Shown one piece after another: positions 59,162-64,000 of a stretch of DNA of 64,000 nucleotides. The notes under the pieces were generated by a model. It ran no database searches. It was not told where the DNA came from and saw only the letters and a program-made list of their open reading frames with translations. The DNA is from a virus. The stretch covers positions 32,001 to 96,000 of the IMG/VR virus record IMGVR_UViG_3300017788_000011; one strand, given 5' to 3'. Both the position numbers and the translations under genes were made by a program. Position 1 is the stretch's first letter. Each line of letters starts with the position of its first letter.

Positions 59162-60529
59162 ATGCCTTTAGATCCAACAGATCGCATAGGTAAAATCAGC
59201 GGACCAATGCTTAAAGACAATCTCGTCAGAGACGGGATAGATCTTGCCTTTGAAAATGATTTGTTGTACATCGATGCATCTACACAGGGTATTGGAATAA
59301 ACACCGACACAGTTACTCGAGACCTTGTGGTCAATGGAGTCAGTAAATTTCCAGAAGTAATTTTAACCACAGGATATTTCAGTGCAGGAACTGTGGTTTT
59401 AAATACTAACGGCACTATCAGCAGTTTGTCAGGACCTGTAGAGATTGCACCGCAAGGACCCAGTCCTTATATTAATCATGCAAGAATAGTCACAGATGAC
59501 TATGAAATCAACGGCCATGCCTTTACTGGTATTTCAACTAACGCAGATATTAGACTTGAAGCCAACGGAACTGGCACAGTAGATTTTTATGCCAATACTA
59601 ACATAGACGGAAATCTATATGCTACTGGTGACGTATTGTTAACTGGAAATTTAAATATTGGCGGGACCATTGTTGTTGGTAACAGTCCTTTAGATACTGT
59701 GACAATAACACCTGAACTTGATCAACATATAAACCCAGGCGCCACGGGACTTTATAATTTAGGTCTTTCTGCTAAACTCTGGAGAAATGCCACTGTTGCC
59801 CAAATTGATTCAACTGGCGGCTTGACCACTGGTTTAGTCACTGTAGACGGAACACTGCGTATAGATTCTAATATTATCAGCACAGTAACTACAGATACAG
59901 ACGTAGCCATTGCACCCAACGGCACAGGCCGAGTACAGATGGGCAACTTTAGACTTTTTGTAGATGACATAACAAACAACGGCGTCAATGGCACCAAAGT
60001 TGATCTATTAGATTACGCCGAATTAGCCAATGCAGTAAATTTAGCCATAGCAGGAAATCCTACCTATAGTTTTTTTAACACAGTATTAATCGGTCTTCGT
60101 CCACTGGGAGATGTTGACGGAGACGGTATTGTAACAGCATCAGATGCCGCTCTCATAGCCAGTTTTGGTTCGGGAACACTGCCAGAAATCAGCGACGAAA
60201 CTGAGTGGATTCAAGAACAGATACGTCCCTATATACTGGCCAGAAAAGCATTGTATCCTACATTATTTGATCAAGTCAGCGCATTTACTATTCTACCAAC
60301 CGGACAGGGATACGTTAGATTCGCTGGAACTAACGGTGTTGTTGTTCCCACAGGATCAAACAGCCAACGGACCTATCCTGAAATAGGTGACACACGATGG
60401 AACACCGAACTACAGCGTCTTGAGTGTTTTGACGGAACAGTATACTCTCTATCAACCGGCGGTGGCGAGCTGATCACAGCCGAGGACATGGAAGATTTAG
60501 GCAATGTTTACGCCCTAATCTTTGGTTAA
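59162..60529 (+). CDS. Fibre-like structural protein with a dockerin/EF-hand-like insert
   Basis: GKISGPMLKDNL.R.GIDLAFE module, NGTG repeats and GDVDGDGIVTASDA. Confidence 0.7.
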   Translation: MPLDPTDRIGKISGPMLKDNLVRDGIDLAFENDLLYIDASTQGIGINTDTVTRDLVVNGVSKFPEVILTTGYFSAGTVVLNTNGTISSLSGPVEIAPQGPSPYINHARIVTDDYEINGHAFTGISTNADIRLEANGTGTVDFYANTNIDGNLYATGDVLLTGNLNIGGTIVVGNSPLDTVTITPELDQHINPGATGLYNLGLSAKLWRNATVAQIDSTGGLTTGLVTVDGTLRIDSNIISTVTTDTDVAIAPNGTGRVQMGNFRLFVDDITNNGVNGTKVDLLDYAELANAVNLAIAGNPTYSFFNTVLIGLRPLGDVDGDGIVTASDAALIASFGSGTLPEISDETEWIQEQIRPYILARKALYPTLFDQVSAFTILPTGQGYVRFAGTNGVVVPTGSNSQRTYPEIGDTRWNTELQRLECFDGTVYSLSTGGGELITAEDMEDLGNVYALIFG

Positions 60530-60648
60530 TTCCAAAAAGTCATAAATAGATATAACGTAAAAATCAAAGTGATTTTTACCAAACATACTGTGGTAAACCC
60601 GCAACGCAAGGTGGTTATCCGTGAAACACGGTGTCAGGAGAGAGCGTA

Positions 60649-61701
60649 ATGGCTGTAGGAAGAATTTCTGGTCCATTGCTCAAGGCTAATCTGCTACGCG
60701 AAGGTGTAGACTTAGCATTTGAGACAGACCTACTATACTTAGATGTTAATAATTTACGAATCGGCGTAAACACTGACTCTCCACAATACCCCCTCGATGT
60801 CAACGGAACTGTAAGAACTACTTCATTAGAAGTAGACACAGAAATTGACATTGGTAATTTTAATATCAGCGGCAATACAATCAGCAGTGACCAAAGCACT
60901 ATAAGTTTTGCTCCTTCAGGCGGTAATCCAACAATATATCACGCAAGATTACAAGTAGATGATCTTGATTTTCGTGACAATCAAATATCAACAACCACAC
61001 TAAACACTCCTTTAGAGTTACGGCCCAACGGCACTGGTTCTGTTGACATTTATTCTAATTCTAATGTTTACGGTGATTTAGATGTAACCGGAAACATCGA
61101 TGTTGACGGCAATGTAACTATTGGCGGAAATATTACCATAGGTGATTCTTCCACAGATACTATTTCTATCATAGCCGCAATAACCAGCGACATCAAACCT
61201 GAAACTTCTAACACGTACGATCTTGGCACACCAAGTTTACGTTGGAATACGCTGTATGCTAACAACCTTGTTTCTGATACAGTAACAGCCGGTGAATTGC
61301 AGATTGACAATATCAACATCAATGGCAACACTATTTCATCTACTACAGCAAACACTGATATACTCTTTATCCCCAACGGCACGGGTTCTTTGAGTATTGG
61401 AAATTTAAGATTTAGAAATAACACAATAACAAATGTCAGTAGCGGTGCAATCACAACATTTACCAGCACCGGAGACGGATATTTTAAGATAAACGGAACA
61501 AATGGTTTTGTTCCACCAGTAGGAACTATTTCACAGAGACCCGCTTATGCAGTCACCGGTATGACACGGTATAACACAGACAACTTAGTGCTCGAAGTCT
61601 GGGACGGCGCACAATGGGCCAGCCCAGCAGGTTCGACAGGTGCTGTCAGTGAAACCGGTGCTCTTGATATTGCTATCAGCAGTGCTCTTGTATTTGGATA
61701 A
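60649..61701 (+). CDS. Fibre-like structural protein, paralogue of 59162-60529
   Basis: Start at ATG 60649 (SD AGGAG); GRISGPLLKANLLREGVDLAFE, PNGTG repeats and C-terminal PVGT..QRP...GMTRYNT. Confidence 0.7.
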   Translation: MAVGRISGPLLKANLLREGVDLAFETDLLYLDVNNLRIGVNTDSPQYPLDVNGTVRTTSLEVDTEIDIGNFNISGNTISSDQSTISFAPSGGNPTIYHARLQVDDLDFRDNQISTTTLNTPLELRPNGTGSVDIYSNSNVYGDLDVTGNIDVDGNVTIGGNITIGDSSTDTISIIAAITSDIKPETSNTYDLGTPSLRWNTLYANNLVSDTVTAGELQIDNININGNTISSTTANTDILFIPNGTGSLSIGNLRFRNNTITNVSSGAITTFTSTGDGYFKINGTNGFVPPVGTISQRPAYAVTGMTRYNTDNLVLEVWDGAQWASPAGSTGAVSETGALDIAISSALVFG

Positions 61702-61707
61702 TAAATT

Positions 61708-62037
61708 ATGGCAACCACGTTTAGAAATACAGTAGTCAAAGAAATTGGAATAACACCCACACAAGTCTGTCAAACCACAGAGATTTCAAAAGCCACTGTT
61801 ATTGGTTTAAGTTTAACAAATCTAACCAGCGGCAATGTTACTGTAAATGTTCTGTTAGAAGATGACACCAGTACACAGGGTTATTATGTTAAAGGTGTGA
61901 TTATTCCTGCTGGAAACAGTTTGAGGGTAGTAAATCAAGGTGAAAAATTAATTCTATCAAGTAACAATCAATTGATTATTTCAACAGACACAGCAAACAG
62001 TATTGATGCAATTGTTAGTTGGGTAGAGATTACATAA
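61708..62037 (+). CDS. Small structural protein
   Basis: 109 aa, MATTFRN...GEKLIL...IVSWVEIT; paralogue of 58287-58625. Confidence 0.65.
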   Translation: MATTFRNTVVKEIGITPTQVCQTTEISKATVIGLSLTNLTSGNVTVNVLLEDDTSTQGYYVKGVIIPAGNSLRVVNQGEKLILSSNNQLIISTDTANSIDAIVSWVEIT

Positions 62038-62047
62038 GGTTAAGATT

Positions 62048-62398
62048 ATGACATATTTTTTAGGAAATAATCCAGCAGATTTACTCAGCGGTCAACCCAG
62101 ATATTTTTATGCGTTGAGGAGATCAGACGACGGCGATCTTTATATCACACGTATTGATCAACTGTCTGGAGAAAACGTTGATATTAATAATCCAGGAGAT
62201 CCTGGAGACAACTATGAAAAGTTTGCAGTAGGAGTAGATTTTTTCAATGGTAGAGCAGTTAATCATGAGCTAACCTATGAAAATTTAAAGTTTGAACAGT
62301 ACAGATGGGATGACAGATTACTCAGTTATTACATCGACGAGGATGGAAATCTGTCAGCGATTGTGGGCAAAGATCGCAATTACCCAACTGACATTTAA
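62048..62398 (+). CDS. Hypothetical protein
   Basis: 116-aa ORF with SD TAAGG in the late operon. Confidence 0.65.
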   Translation: MTYFLGNNPADLLSGQPRYFYALRRSDDGDLYITRIDQLSGENVDINNPGDPGDNYEKFAVGVDFFNGRAVNHELTYENLKFEQYRWDDRLLSYYIDEDGNLSAIVGKDRNYPTDI

Positions 62399-62430
62399 AA
62401 TAAATATAGAATTAGTAGAGGATACTTAAA

Positions 62431-64000
62431 ATGGCTGAATTTAAAATTGGTAGATTAAGATTTGTATGGCGCGGTGTATGGACCACCGGCTATGATTATG
62501 TCAAAGACGACGTAATCAGAGTAGGCGGATCGTCTTATGTCTGTATCGAAGGGCATACTTCGGACTCAACATTTGCCGCAGATTCCGACAAATGGGAAAG
62601 AATGCAAGAAGGTATTCAGTTCAGAGGAAACTGGGCTGGAACCACAATCTATGAAAACAATGACATTGTTGTTTATGGCGGAATTGCCTATATTGTAACT
62701 ACAGCACACACATCAACATCCAGTTTTGATCCAACAAAGTTTTCTGCATTGGTCAAGGGTTTTGATTGGAAAGGCACATGGTCGGGCAGTTCTGTTGATT
62801 ATAAACTAAACGACTTGGTCAAATACGGACCCAATGTATACCTATGCTCTACAGCACACACCAGTTCAGCCTCGTTTGATGAATCTAAATGGACATTATT
62901 TGTTCCTGGTCTCGAATTTGAAGATTCTTGGAGTTCAGCAACTGTGTACCAAACAGGTGATATCGTAACCTACGGTGGATATGCCTACGTATCACAACAG
63001 AATCACACTAATCAAAATCCTTCTACTGCAACATCTTACTGGGAACTATTAACCACAGGTTATAGAAACGTCGGTACTTGGAGTGCTGTTACTGCATATA
63101 GGGTAGGTAACGTTGTTCAATATGGTGGTAATGCCTATGAAGCAATTGTAGATAGTACCAACCAATTACCAACAAACACCAGTTTCTGGAGATTGATCGT
63201 TCAGGGTCTAAACTTTATTGGAAACTGGGCATCGGGTCAGAGTTATAAACCAGGCGATGTTGTCAACTACGGCAGTTCCAGTTATCGTGTAAAACAAAAC
63301 CACACATCAGCCAACAGTGGCGCACTAAGACCAGATCTTGATACTGGCGGAGTAAACTATGGATTACTCAGCGAAGGCGACAGCAATTATGTAACACTCA
63401 ATCGTGGTGACATCATTGCTCGCGGTGCTACTTCAAATTATAACGTTGCTATTGGCACAGAAGGAAAAGTATTACGTTCAGATGGGACTGACCCAGTTTG
63501 GGAATATCTTGGCATTAGACAAGATGTTTATTATGTAGCACCAGATGGTGTTGATGCTGCCGGTCGAGGCGACAACATTGACAGACCGTGGGCCTCAGTT
63601 AAATATGCCTGTCAGAACATCACTGGTCCAGCGACAATTTTTGTCAAGAGTGGAACATACGCTGAGCAATTACCAATTGTTGTACCTGCTGGAGTTACTG
63701 TGTGGGGTGACGATTTAAGAACAGTTGTAATTACTCCAGCCTCCGGCTACGCCGCAGTAGACATGTTTAGAATGCGCAACGGTTCTAACTTGCGTAACTT
63801 AACAATGAGTGGTTTAACCAGCACATTAGGTGCACCACTACCGTCTGGTACAAGAAGAACTACCTGCTCATTTGTAAGTTTAGATCCCGGTACAGGTCCT
63901 TCAGATACTGCCGCATGGATCAGCACTAAATCACCATATGTACAAAACTGTTCAACATTTGGTACACAGGTCTGCGGTCTTAAAGTAGACGGAACCCTGC
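62431..64000 (+). CDS. Large fibre/tailspike-like protein (3' truncated, absent from the ORF track)
   Basis: ATG 62431 after SD GAGG and TAAATA 62401-62406. Reads MAEFKIGRLRFVWRGVW..., then repeated W...Y..GD.V.YGG..Y modules, then YYVAPDG...RPWASVKYAC...IFVKSGTYAEQLP beta-helix-type entry. Confidence 0.8.
   Translation, partial: MAEFKIGRLRFVWRGVWTTGYDYVKDDVIRVGGSSYVCIEGHTSDSTFAADSDKWERMQEGIQFRGNWAGTTIYENNDIVVYGGIAYIVTTAHTSTSSFDPTKFSALVKGFDWKGTWSGSSVDYKLNDLVKYGPNVYLCSTAHTSSASFDESKWTLFVPGLEFEDSWSSATVYQTGDIVTYGGYAYVSQQNHTNQNPSTATSYWELLTTGYRNVGTWSAVTAYRVGNVVQYGGNAYEAIVDSTNQLPTNTSFWRLIVQGLNFIGNWASGQSYKPGDVVNYGSSSYRVKQNHTSANSGALRPDLDTGGVNYGLLSEGDSNYVTLNRGDIIARGATSNYNVAIGTEGKVLRSDGTDPVWEYLGIRQDVYYVAPDGVDAAGRGDNIDRPWASVKYACQNITGPATIFVKSGTYAEQLPIVVPAGVTVWGDDLRTVVITPASGYAAVDMFRMRNGSNLRNLTMSGLTSTLGAPLPSGTRRTTCSFVSLDPGTGPSDTAAWISTKSPYVQNCSTFGTQVCGLKVDGTL

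Noticed and set aside
60585-60635. Pistol ribozyme or bona fide c-di-GMP-I riboswitch
   Set aside because: Only partial motif similarity; the required pseudoknot or P2 tetraloop-receptor elements are missing.
1-64000. Stop-codon reassignment, CRISPR array, DGR/retron or inteins
   Set aside because: Core genes are full length in code 11, no repeat-spacer pattern or reverse transcriptase is visible, and gp46, gp20 and gp23 show no insertion.

Overview
The window is a 64 kb stretch of a large, AT-rich T4-like (likely jumbo) myovirus genome in the standard genetic code, with no host genes, tRNA, rRNA, CRISPR array or reverse transcriptase recognisable. In order it holds: a MoxR AAA+/VWA pair; a cluster of methyltransferase, glycosyltransferase-like and radical SAM genes; a ~30 kb minus-strand tail-fibre/baseplate block that includes a 4577-aa protein; the gp55-like late sigma factor with the gp47/gp46 nuclease genes; a short GIY-YIG nuclease followed by ~500 nt of highly structured non-coding sequence; a tail-chaperone-like pair beside a tape-measure-like gene; the head module (gp20, gp21, gp22, gp23); and further virion/fibre genes, the last running off the right end. 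The best candidate for an undescribed system is the catalytic-domain-only GIY-YIG nuclease with a large folded RNA-like element directly downstream (44755-45660). Other notable signals are a probable -1 programmed frameshift in the tail-chaperone-like pair, leaderless late genes behind TAAATA promoters, back-to-back early/late promoters at the late sigma gene, and two convergent radical SAM genes with swapped domain order. All calls come from motif recognition by eye; no database search or folding computation was run.
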